Shown: positions 1-10,790 of the stretch, piece after piece | Layout of the letters: the number at the start of each line of letters is the position of its first letter | Numbering within the stretch: the first letter of the stretch is position 1 | Assembly (NCBI GenBank): GCA_963736115.1 | Contig: CAVTNR010000009.1 | Span: forward strand, 64,001 to 128,000 | DNA: 64,000 nt | Source of the DNA: an uncultured bacterium | Lineage (GTDB): Bacteria; Zhuqueibacterota; QNDG01; DTFT01 | Direction: 5' to 3' | Position numbers and translations under genes: made by a program | Notes under the pieces: generated by a model | What the model saw: only the letters and a program-made list of their open reading frames with translations | Database searches by the model: none | What the model was told of the DNA's origin: nothing

Positions 1-1267
1 CGTCGTCGCCCTCGCGGAGGCGGAATTCGAGGCGGTTGAGCGTGCCTTCGAGGATTTTCCGGTCCAGGCCTCTGTCCGCGACGTCTCGCAGGGTCCGGAA
101 CACTACCTCACGGAACCGCGGCGCATCCGCGGGATCGGCGTTCTGCACCGTGATGGTGAACACGTTCTGCTGCAGGTCGTCCACCGAGGCATTGACCTCC
201 CGGCCGATCTTCGCCTCCTGGAGCGCGAGACGCACCGGGCCCGACTCCTGGTTCACGAGCATGTCGCGCAGAACCTGCAGGGCCATGACCAGACTGCGAT
301 CGGTGTTGAGGCCTGCCGCGAAATTCAGGGACAGGTAGGTCCGGTTTGCCGTGCTGTCGCCCTCGGACACGGGATAGAACGACTCCGCCTCCCGCAGCCC
401 GTCGAAAGGTTTCTGGAGGGGGATCTCGACGGCGATGTCTGTCCGTTCAAAAGCCGACAGGTACTCGGTATCGATGAACGCCAGTTCCTTCTCGACGTCC
501 GCGTCGCCGTAGAGGAAGATATAACTGTTTTCCGGATGGTAATACCGCCGGTGGAAGCCCAGAAACGCCTCGCGCGTCAGCGCCGGAATGGCCGGGGGAT
601 ATCCGCCGGATGAATACCGGTACGCGTTGTCCGGGAACAGCCGTTTCATCACCTGATAGTCGAGTTCCCGGAGCGCGCTGGAGAAGGCGCCCTTCATTTC
701 ATTATACACCACTCCCTTGACGGTCAGAGGAGCGGCCGCGTTCGTCAGCTCGTAATGCCAGCCTTCCTGCATCAGTATGCGCGGGTCCTCGGTTATGAGG
801 GGATTGAACACCGCGTCGCAATAGACGTGCATCAGATTGAAGTAGTCCTTCTCGTTCATGCTCGCCACGGGATAGACGGTCACGTCGTTGCCCGTCATGG
901 CATTGAGAAACGTGTTGAGAGACCCCTTCGAGAGCACGTCAAAGGGGCTCTTTACGGGAAAACGCTTCGAACCGTTCAGAACCGAATGCTCCATGATGTG
1001 CGGCGTGCCGCAGTCCGACTCCGGAACGGTCTTGAAGGCGATGCTGAAGGTCTTGTTCGGATCATCGGCCGTGATCTTCAGCGCGCGGGCCCCGCTCTTC
1101 ACATGCTCGAACAGCAGGCACTCGGCGTTCACTTCCTTGACGAACCGTTTCTCGACCAGCTTGAACCCGTGAACGGTTTTTCCGATCTCGAGACCCGCGT
1201 GCAGGCCGGCGGCCCGGGTGAGGCACAGGACGCACGTGAATGCGGCGAAGCGTGATGTTGCTTTCAT
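1..1267 (-). CDS. Insulinase family (M16C, PreP-like) zinc metallopeptidase, secreted; truncated by the window edge
   Basis: Manual translation from ATG at 1267: MKATSRFAAFTCVLCLTRAAGLHAG (signal-like), then GTPHIMEHSVLNGSKRFPVKSPF..GSLNTFLNAMT..TVYPVAS.NEKDYFNLMHVYCDAVFNP, with the inverted zinc motif HxxEH. Absent from the ORF track because it runs off the left end. Confidence 0.92.
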   Translation of the reverse strand, partial: MKATSRFAAFTCVLCLTRAAGLHAGLEIGKTVHGFKLVEKRFVKEVNAECLLFEHVKSGARALKITADDPNKTFSIAFKTVPESDCGTPHIMEHSVLNGSKRFPVKSPFDVLSKGSLNTFLNAMTGNDVTVYPVASMNEKDYFNLMHVYCDAVFNPLITEDPRILMQEGWHYELTNAAAPLTVKGVVYNEMKGAFSSALRELDYQVMKRLFPDNAYRYSSGGYPPAIPALTREAFLGFHRRYYHPENSYIFLYGDADVEKELAFIDTEYLSAFERTDIAVEIPLQKPFDGLREAESFYPVSEGDSTANRTYLSLNFAAGLNTDRSLVMALQVLRDMLVNQESGPVRLALQEAKIGREVNASVDDLQQNVFTITVQNADPADAPRFREVVFRTLRDVADRGLDRKILEGTLNRLEFRLREGDD

Positions 1268-1335
1268 CAGAAAAATCTCCCGGTTGAAATGGTAAATACG
1301 AAAATCGTGAAGAACCGAGTCAAACAGACGCCAAC

Positions 1336-1371
1336 AACCTCCCGCGGGTTCGGTCAAACCCGCGGGAGGTT
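1336..1371. repeat. AACCTCCCG...CGGGAGGTT palindrome (REP-like / terminator), family copy
   Basis: aacctcccgcgggttcggtcaaacccgcgggaggtt; related copies at 21129, 25250 and 53097. Confidence 0.7.
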
Positions 1372-1382
1372 TCATGTCTTTC

Positions 1383-1411
1383 GTTGGGGCGACGCGCTGC
1401 GTCGCCCCAAC
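1383..1411. repeat. GTAG-type REP palindrome
   Basis: gttggggcgacgcgctgcgtcgccccaac; related copies at 21649, 21767, 33219 and 46177. Confidence 0.7.
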
Positions 1412-1472
1412 AGGTTGGTTCCTGCAACGCACCTGAAAAATGATAACCCGATGACCCCGGGGTCGATGAAGG

Positions 1473-3906
1473 TCATTTCACCAGCGCGATCTTCCTCGAC
1501 GCCGTAAACCCTTCCGCCTCCATGCGGACGACGTAAATGCCCGAAGCCAGACCGGAAGCATCGAGACGTTCGGTGTGGTTTCCGGCGCTGAAACGGCCGT
1601 CCGCCAGAACCGCAGTCAGCCGTCCGGCCGCGTCATAAACCTTCAAAGTCACGCGCCCCGCACGGCCGATCCTGAACGGCACAGCGGTCACGGGATTGAA
1701 CGGATTCGGATAATTGCGACCCAGAGCGAAACCGGACGGCAGGTCCGATTCCGCACCCACATCATCCGGCCCTGAAGCGAGTGTCAGGTGCCCGAGGGTT
1801 TCCGCGGCTTCCCACAGTGCTCCCAGGGGCCATTCGCCGGCATACCCGTAATGATACGCGTAGAAATTTCCCGGGTCCGAAACGGCCACCGCAAACCCGA
1901 CCGTCCCGCCCGGCGCAAACGCATGCGGCGAATCGTACAATGGAAGCGCGCATTCGTAGTGAACCGGGTGACCCTCTCCGAGAATCGCACTGTGGCCGGG
2001 AACCACGGCCACGGCCGAGTTCCCTCTGAGTCCGTCCGGATACGTCCCCCAGTACCCCAGAAATCCCATGCCCGCGGGCATGACGCCCCACAGACCTTCA
2101 TCGCTGGGCCCGGAGGCGGGCCAGATTCCGTCGTGATTGATGTCGAACAAAAGCCCCAGCGTCGTGGCAGGTTCGGCATTCGTATCATTCATATCCCACA
2201 CTGCGATATACAGACTGTCCGCATCGTTCATTACGCACAGCCCCGCATCGCTGAGCCCGCTTGGCTCTGAAATGGGAATCTCCGTCGAATCGAACCATTC
2301 GCCGAGCGCTAAAAAACCGTCCACTGTCGGAGGTCCGTCGCACCAGACCGACCGGATGACATGCCCGCCCGCCGCCGGCGTCACCGGGCCGACTGTCGCG
2401 GATAGAGAGCCGGTGATATCCGGCCGCACACTGTAGTAATACGACCGGCCGTTCTCAGCCGTGAAATCAATGAAATCGCGCATCCGCTCCGGAAAAGGCC
2501 GGGTGGTGAGGTCCACCGTGGCGAGCAGCGGCTTCTCGCCTTCTGCGCTCTCGGAGCGGTAGATCAGGTACCGGGCCGGATTCGCTCCCCCGAAGGGCGG
2601 CTCCCAGGAAAGAGGCACCCGGCCGTCGAATCCGGATCCCGCGGTGAACGCCATCGGCCGGGTTGTCGTCAACCGCGTGCCGTACACGTCGAAATCCGTG
2701 CCGTTCCTGCGGTCATACCAGACCATCTGGATGATGCCGGAACCGTCCGTGGCCGCGTTCGGGCCGAATTGGAGACCTGCGGTGTCATTGATGGGCATGC
2801 TCGGCAGGCTGAACTCGCCGGCCGCGTTGCATGCCCGGAAGTAGATGTTCCAATCGCCGGCGGAATTCGCTGACCAGAGGAATACGGTGCCGCCGTTGTC
2901 GAACGGAACCACCGCGAGTTCCCCCACGAAGCCGAACTTCAAATCCTCGTCCACGAAAAACGGCCCAAGGATCGGGTTCCCGCCTGAATCATACTTGCAG
3001 GCCTGGCGCCGCAATTTACCGTCACCGTAATCCGTGATCCAGAACACAGTCGCGCCCCCGTCCGATCCGACGGCCACCACCGGACCCAGACAGGAAATCG
3101 CGGCCGGATCGGACCTCGGCGCGACCTGAAAGGGATTCCCGATGGGGCCGGTTTGGAGGTTGAAGCGGCTGGCCATGATCCGATTCCCGGTCAATCCCGT
3201 GCCTTCCTGCCATACGATCCAGACATCCCCTTTCGGCGAAACGTCGACGGCCGCGTAGACCTGGCCGCTGTCCGACTGCGGATGAACCAAGCCGCTGCCC
3301 GCCGGATTTCCTCTCCGGTTGAAAAACTGGGCCATCACATCCCCGTTGGCGTCCGCGCGTTTGTCCGTCCATACTGCCACGACGCCGCCCGAATCGACGG
3401 CCGCTAGGGACACGCCGCCATTCTGCACCGCGCCCGCGCCTTCGTCGATCCGGAAATTCCCGCCCTTCGGCCTTCCATTGGCGTAGTACCACTGGCCGTA
3501 CACGTGCGATTCCGATCCGGAACCCGCGTCCCATGCGACCAGAAAATGGCCGTAACCATCCATGGCCACGTCGCAATTCGGTATCACATTGCCGTGCTCC
3601 GCGTCGTTCACCTTTATATTTCCGAGTGTCCCGAAAGGCTGACCCCTTTTATTGAAGAGCTGGAAAAAGATATCCGTGACACCGTTCCGGTTGTCCGGCC
3701 ACGCGATCACCGTGAGCCCGCCCTTGTGCATGCTCGATCGCGGGCCTGGACTGGTCCGCGGCAACTGCGTCATCGTTAATCTTCTGGTCGTCTATCTGGA
3801 CGTGCCCGGGGAAAGCCTGAGTCCGATCCGTAGCTCCCGATGTCGCCCACAGAAGCGACAGCAACACTGCTCCACTGATCCTTCCAAACGCTTTTACAGG
3901 ATACAC
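1473..3906 (-). CDS. Secreted protein: W-x-D-x-R repeats, Fn3-like and DOMON/CBM9-like domains, T9SS-type C-terminal sorting domain; one-base frameshift near 3736
   Basis: ORF 3649..3906 gives the signal peptide (GTG start, GAGGAGG RBS). Removing one G in gcgatc(g)agcatg joins DQSRPAI to SMHKGG of ORF 1473..3773. C-terminus NYPNPFNPVT...GIYVVRMEAEGFTASRKIALVK. Confidence 0.8.
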
Positions 3907-3991
3907 GGGACCCTCCTCATATTGTGGGGTGTACAGTTCTCTCTCGGCCAGGGGGTTCGCGGACTGATTCCGACCCCGGGGTCGATCTGCT

Positions 3992-5500
3992 TCACTTCAC
4001 CAGCGCAATCTTTCTCGAAGCCGTGAACCCCTCCGCCTCCATGCGGATGACGTACACGCCCGACGGCAGGCCGGTGGCGTCGAATCGGACCTCATGAACG
4101 CCCCGCTGATAAAAGGCATCCGAAAGGATGCGAACTTCCGTTCCCCTGTCATCATACACCCGCAGAATCATACGGCAGGGGTCATCGACTGAAAATGGAA
4201 TCGCAGTCGACGGATTGAAGGGATTGGGATAATTGGGATACAGTCTGAATCGACCCGGCGCCAGAGGCGTTCCCGAATCAATGCCTGTCGCGCCGCAAAT
4301 GCTGTCCTGAAGGGCGAAGAGCCGGGCGGCCCACCGTGCGTTGTCCTCCCCGTACTGAAGGGAAGCGACAGCCGTCATGCCTTCGGTGTACCCGTTCCAT
4401 GAATTGAACGTCAGTCCCTCAGGCTTCAGGTCCCGGACGATCCGCGTCTGCGCGTTACGCCAGTTTTCGTTGTTCCCGTAATTCACGGATCCGGGGAAAA
4501 CGACGTGCGCGTCGTAACCCGGAGTGGCGTCGAAGAAAAACGGAACGCCGGACCGTATCCACTCGGATGCGAATTCCCTTTTCCATGCGGCCAGAATCCC
4601 CTCGTCCGCGGTTCCGCACCAGATTTCAGACAGGAAACACTGTACGGCCAGCACGGAAGCGGTCTCCGCCAGGGCAGGCCCGTCCGATCGAGCCGAGGGC
4701 CTGTACGATCCGGGCGCATAGGTGTCCGGCGGCAGTACGTCGAGCGTGAATCCGATGCGAACGCCGGTATCCTCGAAAATTCTTTCCGCCGCCCGGTCGA
4801 ATCCCTCCGCGAACGTTGAAGCGTCCATCGGCTGTTGATTGGACGCGGCATGGAGAATGCATACCGCAACCCGTTCCGATCCGCTAGCATCGTACAGGCG
4901 GGCCCATTTGCCCGGCCACTCCGGATTTTCTGGATGAAGCAGATACCGTCCGATGAGATCCTCAATCCGGGCGATCAGCGCTGGAGCCGGGTCCGTGTTC
5001 TCCCCGGGGAAACAATCCATGAACGAGAAGGCCGTGGAATTGGGCGTGGCGGCGCTGGATTCGAGACAGGGGAGAATGAACAGCGGTTTCCCGACCGCAC
5101 TGTCGAAAAGCTCGTCATGCGCGTACGTCGACGTCTGCATCGGCGACCAGTACGCCCAATTGTCCGTCCCGCGGGGACCCCAGTAGGACATGGTAACCGT
5201 GTTCACGCCTGCGTCGATCATGGTTTGCAGTGCAAAGCCCCGGTATTCCGGCCTTTCGGACCAGCCGAGATGCCGGCTGTCGGCCGGATGCACGGTGTAC
5301 AGGCCGGTGTTGTCGGACGGGTCGGCCTCATAGAACTGCGCGCCGTTGCGCCAGTTCCCGGCGAAGAAATACACGCTCTTCACCGGCAGACCCTCGAACC
5401 CCGGATTGGCCAGCCTTCCGGGTGTGCCCGCGTGCAGTCCGGGAACAAGAACGAATACCGACAGCCAGGATATCAGCCGGCTTGAACCTGGGCGGTTCAT
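3992..5500 (-). CDS. Secreted glycoside hydrolase-like protein (GH99/DUF5010-like TIM barrel) with T9SS-type C-terminal domain
   Basis: Signal peptide; motifs AGVNTVTMSYWG, TPGYD and FNSWNGYTEG; C-terminal YPNPFNP...RKIALVK. Confidence 0.7.
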   Translation of the reverse strand: MNRPGSSRLISWLSVFVLVPGLHAGTPGRLANPGFEGLPVKSVYFFAGNWRNGAQFYEADPSDNTGLYTVHPADSRHLGWSERPEYRGFALQTMIDAGVNTVTMSYWGPRGTDNWAYWSPMQTSTYAHDELFDSAVGKPLFILPCLESSAATPNSTAFSFMDCFPGENTDPAPALIARIEDLIGRYLLHPENPEWPGKWARLYDASGSERVAVCILHAASNQQPMDASTFAEGFDRAAERIFEDTGVRIGFTLDVLPPDTYAPGSYRPSARSDGPALAETASVLAVQCFLSEIWCGTADEGILAAWKREFASEWIRSGVPFFFDATPGYDAHVVFPGSVNYGNNENWRNAQTRIVRDLKPEGLTFNSWNGYTEGMTAVASLQYGEDNARWAARLFALQDSICGATGIDSGTPLAPGRFRLYPNYPNPFNPSTAIPFSVDDPCRMILRVYDDRGTEVRILSDAFYQRGVHEVRFDATGLPSGVYVIRMEAEGFTASRKIALVK

Positions 5501-5655
5501 AGGATTCCCCGCTTGATTTTATTTGACGGCAACCTTTTTAAAGGCATGCTCCGGGCCTACAATAATTTTAGGTATCGATAAGATTGGTCCCGCGCAGCGG
5601 GAAGGTTCGAAGACTCACGCTCCGGGAGATTCTCAACCTCCCGGAGCGTATTATT

Positions 5656-7464
5656 TCACCTGACCAGTGCGATCTTCCGGCTCGCCGTGAATCCTTCCGC
5701 TTCCATGCGGACGACGTAAATCCCCGACGGCAGGCCCGATGCGTCGAAGCGTACGGCGTATTCCCCCGCGGGATGATGGCCATCAGCAAGCGTCCGGACC
5801 TCCCGCCCCATGCCGTCCAGAACGATCAACCGCATTCGGCCGGAAGATGGGATGCCGAACCGGATCACAGTCGCTGCGTTGAATGGATTCGGAAAATTCG
5901 CGGATAAAAAATAATCCCGGGGATAGCCGGAGGGTCGGGCTTCCACGCTTGCGGCCCGTACCGGCGGGGAAAATTCCGATGTGTTGCCCGCCGCATCCGT
6001 GGCGGTGGTGGTGACAAAGGGTCCCTCCGGATTTCCGTTCCAGATGAAATGTCCGTTCCCATCCGCGGTCGCGGTACCTTCATACACCCTTCCCTGTCCG
6101 GACGAATCGGAAAAAATTTCGACTGTTCCGTGCGGAACCGTATATCCTTCCGCGCCTGAAGCGCTCGCCAAAAGAGACGGGGGAGCAATCGCCCCGTTGG
6201 CATTGCCGAATAAAACGATGCCGCCATTGAAGTTGTTCGAAATGGAGTTTTGCGTGATTCTATTGTACCGCGTTGAATCGAACTGCATGAAAACGCCAAA
6301 GGCGTTGAACCGGACAACATTCGAAGGCCCGATCTGGTTTGCCCTCGGACCGTTGTAGATGCAGACTCCGCCGTACCGGTTCGGCAGGGCCGCGTTCCCG
6401 GTGACGTCAGTGCCGATCCGGTTCCCAATGACCCGGTTGCTGTCGGTGCCTGCCGTGTAGATGTAAACGCCGTACGCGGAGTGCCCTGAAATCAGATTGG
6501 ATTCTCCCGGCTGGTCGCCTCCGATCAGGTTGCAGCTTGCCCCGTTGCTGATTGCCACACCGTTGTCCGAGTTTCCGGGGGCCCGCAGGCCATCCATGTC
6601 AGTGCCGAGAAAATTTCCCTGTACGATGTTGCCTCGCGTGCGTTTGTTCCCGGAAATCGCGATTGCCTGGTCCCCGCATCCGGTGATGACATTCCTTTCA
6701 CCCGGCTGTCCGCCGCCGATCCGGTTCCCTTTCGCATCCGAGATCAGGATGCCGTCGCCGGCATTGCCGAGGACATCCCTTCCCATCCGGTCGAGGCCGA
6801 TAAGATTCCCGATTACCACGTTGCTGTCGGATTGCTGGATTTGAATGCCGAGTCCCCGGCTTCCGGAAATGACATTTCCCGCTCCGGCAGACGCGCCGCC
6901 GATGGTATTATGACTGGCGCCCTCTCCGATGACGATTCCAGTCTGGTTGGTCGATTCGAGTGTGTCCAGTCCCGAAAAATTCGTGCCAATGAAATTTCCT
7001 TCGATTCGATTGTACCTCGCTTCTGCGCCCCCGATAAAAATCCCCTCCCCGAAAAAACACGATAGGATCAAATTCCGGATGACGTTTCGAGAGGAATGGA
7101 TTTCGAATCCGAACGAGACGGAGGAGCCGACTCTCCCCTGGTAGCCGGAAAGGAATATCTCCGGACCGTCGGGATTCGTATCCCCGTGAAGCGACGCTTG
7201 AGTGGCGCCGTCGATAACCGTTCCATCATCGGTCAGAGGCGGCAGGTTCGAGAAAGGCTCGATAAACCAGCACATGCCGTTGTATGTCATGCCTGTTTCC
7301 GGGATGTCGAAGCCGATGGTGTCCGGTCCGGCGTGGCTATTGGCCTGTAGGATGGCCTGCCGGAGCGTCCCGTTCCCAGTGTCCGCGGTGGTGGTGACTG
7401 TGTAGGTTTCAGCGAAAAGCGCGCCTGTCCAGGCAAGGACGATGAAGAGAAATCTTCTTTTCAT
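5656..7464 (-). CDS. Secreted right-handed parallel beta-helix repeat protein with T9SS-type C-terminal domain
   Basis: Signal peptide; VTTTADTGNGTLRQAI cap; repeated GNxIG/GNVISG; AGNTSEFS; NFPNPFN C-terminal domain. Confidence 0.85.
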   Translation of the reverse strand: MKRRFLFIVLAWTGALFAETYTVTTTADTGNGTLRQAILQANSHAGPDTIGFDIPETGMTYNGMCWFIEPFSNLPPLTDDGTVIDGATQASLHGDTNPDGPEIFLSGYQGRVGSSVSFGFEIHSSRNVIRNLILSCFFGEGIFIGGAEARYNRIEGNFIGTNFSGLDTLESTNQTGIVIGEGASHNTIGGASAGAGNVISGSRGLGIQIQQSDSNVVIGNLIGLDRMGRDVLGNAGDGILISDAKGNRIGGGQPGERNVITGCGDQAIAISGNKRTRGNIVQGNFLGTDMDGLRAPGNSDNGVAISNGASCNLIGGDQPGESNLISGHSAYGVYIYTAGTDSNRVIGNRIGTDVTGNAALPNRYGGVCIYNGPRANQIGPSNVVRFNAFGVFMQFDSTRYNRITQNSISNNFNGGIVLFGNANGAIAPPSLLASASGAEGYTVPHGTVEIFSDSSGQGRVYEGTATADGNGHFIWNGNPEGPFVTTTATDAAGNTSEFSPPVRAASVEARPSGYPRDYFLSANFPNPFNAATVIRFGIPSSGRMRLIVLDGMGREVRTLADGHHPAGEYAVRFDASGLPSGIYVVRMEAEGFTASRKIALVR

Positions 7465-7678
7465 TAATTCTCCCTCCGGTGTGGTTTTAATACCGGCATT
7501 GAATGATCATCAGCAGGAAAGAGATTCCGCCGACACAGCTCCCCCATCCTTCACCGGGGACAGGCGCACGGCCTCGGACCGGACCCATGAGTGCCCGTCC
7601 ACGGCGATAAAAGCGGTTCTGAAAACGGGAGTCAACCATGCGAGTCTGGCCATCGGCTCACCGGATGCCATATTCAGT

Positions 7679-7833
7679 TGCCATTCTCGATTCCGGGGAA
7701 ATCCAATTCGGCATCAGATGGACGAGATCGGTTTCTACCGACGACGGGTCGTTCCGAATGACGTCCCCGGACGAGGGAGAAAAATGGATCCCGCTCCCGG
7801 ATCAAGTCCGGGACAAGTCCCGCGGGGATGACA
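7679..7833. repeat. Degenerate RPE/REP-like palindromic element (GTCATTCCCGCG...GGAATCCA / TGGATCC...GATCAAGTCCGG...GATGAC family)
   Basis: tgccattctcgattccggggaaatcca ... tggatcccgctcccggatcaagtccgggacaagtcccgcggggatgac; related half at 38274. Confidence 0.5.
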
Positions 7834-7929
7834 CACAAAAAGGATGGTTGAAAAAAACCGATTTATAAAATTCCATAAACAAACGAATTGATTTCACAAA
7901 CGCGAAGTCTCAAACACAGCCGCATCAAA

Positions 7930-9906
7930 CTAATCCATCATCACCATCTTGCGCACGGCCGTGAATCCGGCCGCGTCCATGCGCAGGACGTACACGCCGG
8001 ACGGCAGGCCGGAACCATCGAACGCCACCTCGTATTCGCCGGACGGACGGAAACCGGATACCGGCGTGGCTACCCGCCTCCCGGTCACGTCAAACACCCG
8101 GATCTCGACGCGCCCGGCTGTCCGCAGACCGAACCGGATGACCGTGGCCGGGTTGAACGGGTTCGGCCTGTTCTGCGCCAGAAAGAACGACGCGGGAGGA
8201 CCGGTCCTTTCCTCCGGGACAGCGGTCAGCAGGAACGCGGCCGAGAATTCAGAGGTGTTCCCGGCCGTGTCCGTCAACGTGGCCGTGACATAGGGTCCTG
8301 AAGGAACGCCGGGCCATGTGAAATGACCCGATGCGTCCGCGGTCACCGCGGCCTCGAACTTCCGGCCCTCATCCGTAGAATCCGAAAAAATTTCGACCCG
8401 GCTTCCGGCCGGCGCCGTGCCTGTCACCGGATTCAACGAAGTCAGCACAGGCGGGTCGAGATCCAGGTTCCCACCCTCGGACGTCCGGATGCCGAGCCTG
8501 CCGTTGCTGTGTATGCTGTTCCAGGTGACCGCATTGGCGATCGTCCCGGACTTGGCGATGGACACGCCGTTCCCCTGGTTGAAGGCGATGGTGTTGAGCG
8601 GGCCGACCCGGTTGCCGACCGCACCGGAACTGACCGAGACGCCTTCCTGGAAATTGGCGGCGGGAGAGACTCCGTCCGCCGCGGTCCCGATCCGGTTCCC
8701 GATCACCAGGTTTTCCCGCGTGCCAATGCCGTAGATCTGGACGCCGTTCCCGAGATTGCCTCCGATCACGTTCGCCTCGCCCTCGGCGGATCCCCCGATC
8801 CGGTTGTGTTTCGGTCCCATGGTGACCGTAATGCCGTTCTCCCCGTTGCTCATGGCAGTGCGGCCGGTCCCGTCCAGCCCGATGCAATTGCCCTGCACCC
8901 GGTTCGAGTCGCAGCGTTCGCCCCGGAGCACGATGCCGGAAAACAGGTTTCCTGAAATGATATTCCGGCCGGAATCCCCGGGTCCGCCGATGCGGTTTGC
9001 CGAGACACCGATCAGCAGAATGCCGTCGTCCCCGTTTCCGATCGACCGGCTCCCGCCGGGCGCCGGACCGATGAGATTTCCGACGACCGAATTCAGCGTG
9101 GTTCCCGTTCCCGTGATGAGGATCCCGTTCTGGCGGTTTCCCGAGATGACATTTCCCGGTCCGATGATATTCGACCGCACGCCGTTGGTCAGGGCCACGC
9201 CCTTGCCGTTGGACAGGGCGCCGGACCCGTCCGCGCGGACGCCGATGTAGTTCCCTTCCACGCGGTTATCTGAGGACAGATAGGTGATTTCGAGTCCTTC
9301 ATCCGAGTTGCCGCCGATCACGTTGCGGTCCGGAATCCCGGATCCGCCGATCCGATTCCGGTCGCCGTCCTCGATCAGCAGGCCTCCGTCCGATACGCCC
9401 ATGGAAACAGTTCCGGTCGGATCGCACCCCAGGTAACAGCCGGCCACATGGTTGCTGTCACCCGTGATGTACACCTGGCGGTACCGGAACCGGTGGACCA
9501 CGCAATTCCGGATCGTATGCCCGCTGCCCGACAGGATCAGGCCGCTGGCGTTCCCGGCCGATCCACCGTCGATGACGATTTCGGGCCCTTTGGGATTGGA
9601 ATCGGATCCGATGGAAGCCGTCTGTGTTCCTCCGTCGACAAGCGTGCCTCGGTCGAGGAATGGGGGCAGTTCAGAGAGCGGCCGTATGTTCCATGCGCCT
9701 GTGGACAGATCCAGCCCGGGATCCGCGATGGGAATGCGGAAAACAATTGTATCCGGGCCGGCATGGGTGTTTGCGTCCAGAATGACCTGACGCAGAGTGC
9801 CTGCGCCTGAATCCTCGGTGCTCGTGACGGTAAACTGCGCGCCGAGGCCAGGACCCGTCGCAATCAACACAGCGGAAAAGCCGAGAAATAAAAGCATTCT
9901 CTTCAT
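7930..9906 (-). CDS. Secreted right-handed parallel beta-helix repeat protein with T9SS-type C-terminal domain; paralog of 5656..7464
   Basis: Same architecture: VTSTEDSGAGTLRQVI, GNxIG repeats, AGNTSEFS, QNRPNPFNP C-terminal domain. Confidence 0.85.
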   Translation of the reverse strand: MKRMLLFLGFSAVLIATGPGLGAQFTVTSTEDSGAGTLRQVILDANTHAGPDTIVFRIPIADPGLDLSTGAWNIRPLSELPPFLDRGTLVDGGTQTASIGSDSNPKGPEIVIDGGSAGNASGLILSGSGHTIRNCVVHRFRYRQVYITGDSNHVAGCYLGCDPTGTVSMGVSDGGLLIEDGDRNRIGGSGIPDRNVIGGNSDEGLEITYLSSDNRVEGNYIGVRADGSGALSNGKGVALTNGVRSNIIGPGNVISGNRQNGILITGTGTTLNSVVGNLIGPAPGGSRSIGNGDDGILLIGVSANRIGGPGDSGRNIISGNLFSGIVLRGERCDSNRVQGNCIGLDGTGRTAMSNGENGITVTMGPKHNRIGGSAEGEANVIGGNLGNGVQIYGIGTRENLVIGNRIGTAADGVSPAANFQEGVSVSSGAVGNRVGPLNTIAFNQGNGVSIAKSGTIANAVTWNSIHSNGRLGIRTSEGGNLDLDPPVLTSLNPVTGTAPAGSRVEIFSDSTDEGRKFEAAVTADASGHFTWPGVPSGPYVTATLTDTAGNTSEFSAAFLLTAVPEERTGPPASFFLAQNRPNPFNPATVIRFGLRTAGRVEIRVFDVTGRRVATPVSGFRPSGEYEVAFDGSGLPSGVYVLRMDAAGFTAVRKMVMMD

Positions 9907-9968
9907 GAGGTGACGGCCCTCCAGAAATGTTATTCTCCGAAAAATCGATCAGGCAAGATGTGTAATAT

Positions 9969-9996
9969 ATAGTACAAAATTATACATGAAAGTCAA
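9969..9996 (-). promoter_or_regulatory. Putative sigma-70 promoter for the secreted-protein cluster
   Basis: Minus strand TTGACT-N16-TACTAT, about 60 bp upstream of ATG 9906. Confidence 0.5.
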
Positions 9997-10023
9997 GAGT
10001 TTTATTCCGGCATCCCATGCCGC

Positions 10024-10470
10024 TCACTCCGGCTTCCACCGGATCTCCAGGGCCGGCGCGTCTTCGGGCCGCGGGCGGAATCCATGCTTCCCGTAAAAAC
10101 CGGACTTGCCCTTCGCGCTGAACAGCTGAATATCACGTATGCCCGCGGACCGGCAGCGTTCGACCAGCCGTCTCAGAATCTCGGATCCGATTCCCCTGCC
10201 CTGCCGGTCCGGAGCGACGATCATGTCGAGAATAAGCGCATGCACCACACCGTCGCAGATCGCGCGGCCGAATCCGACAAGGCGGCCGGCCTCATGCGCG
10301 GAAACCACGGCCCAACTCGCCTCAACCGCGAGAGCCAGATCTCCGGCGCTCAACCCGTAATCCGCATTCCAGCCTGTCGTTTCGAAAAGCGCGAAAAACG
10401 AAGCTGGATCGGGCGGATCCGATGAATACACTACCGTGATGATTTCCATCTTTCCGGTCGATTCTGTCAC
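10024..10470 (-). CDS. GNAT family N-acetyltransferase
   Basis: LVGFGRAICDG, motif A QGRGIG, FYGKHGF. Confidence 0.9.
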   Translation of the reverse strand: MTESTGKMEIITVVYSSDPPDPASFFALFETTGWNADYGLSAGDLALAVEASWAVVSAHEAGRLVGFGRAICDGVVHALILDMIVAPDRQGRGIGSEILRRLVERCRSAGIRDIQLFSAKGKSGFYGKHGFRPRPEDAPALEIRWKPE

Positions 10471-10772
10471 AAATATCCCTCCTTAAATTCGGTAATTCAA
10501 GGCGATATTGCCCCGGCAAAATTTTCCTTTTCCTGCATTTTGAAATTCACCTGGCTAAAAAGCTTCCTCATACTACTATACATATGATAAATATGACTAT
10601 TTAAATTTATCACATTTCCTGCGGCCTGTAAAGCTGTTTTTCGGCCATTAATGAAAACTCTCCATAAAATTTCAATTGACTTTAACGCCAGAAGTGACGA
10701 ATTTGTAGGGTCATAGGGCTTCTGACGGTCCGGTCGGACTTCCCGCCCTTTAAGATAGAATTTTTAATGACT

Positions 10773-10790
10773 TTGGCACGACTTATGCAT
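10773..10790 (+). promoter_or_regulatory. Sigma-54 (-24/-12) promoter for the HEAT/HD-GYP/kinase operon
   Basis: TTGGCACGACTTATGCAT matches TGGCACG-N4-TTGC with exact GG-N10-GC spacing and one mismatch; about 70 bp upstream of the start, in an AT-rich intergenic region. Confidence 0.7.

Noticed and set aside
7500-7690. Riboswitch upstream of 7464 (minus strand begins CAACTGAATA, with small hairpins)
   Set aside because: No match by eye to c-di-GMP, c-di-AMP, SAM, TPP or cobalamin consensus cores; an Infernal/Rfam scan would be needed.
5656-9906. Diversity-generating retroelement TR/VR pair among the paralogous secreted genes
   Set aside because: No reverse transcriptase; differences are not adenine-specific; both copies are ordinary coding paralogs.
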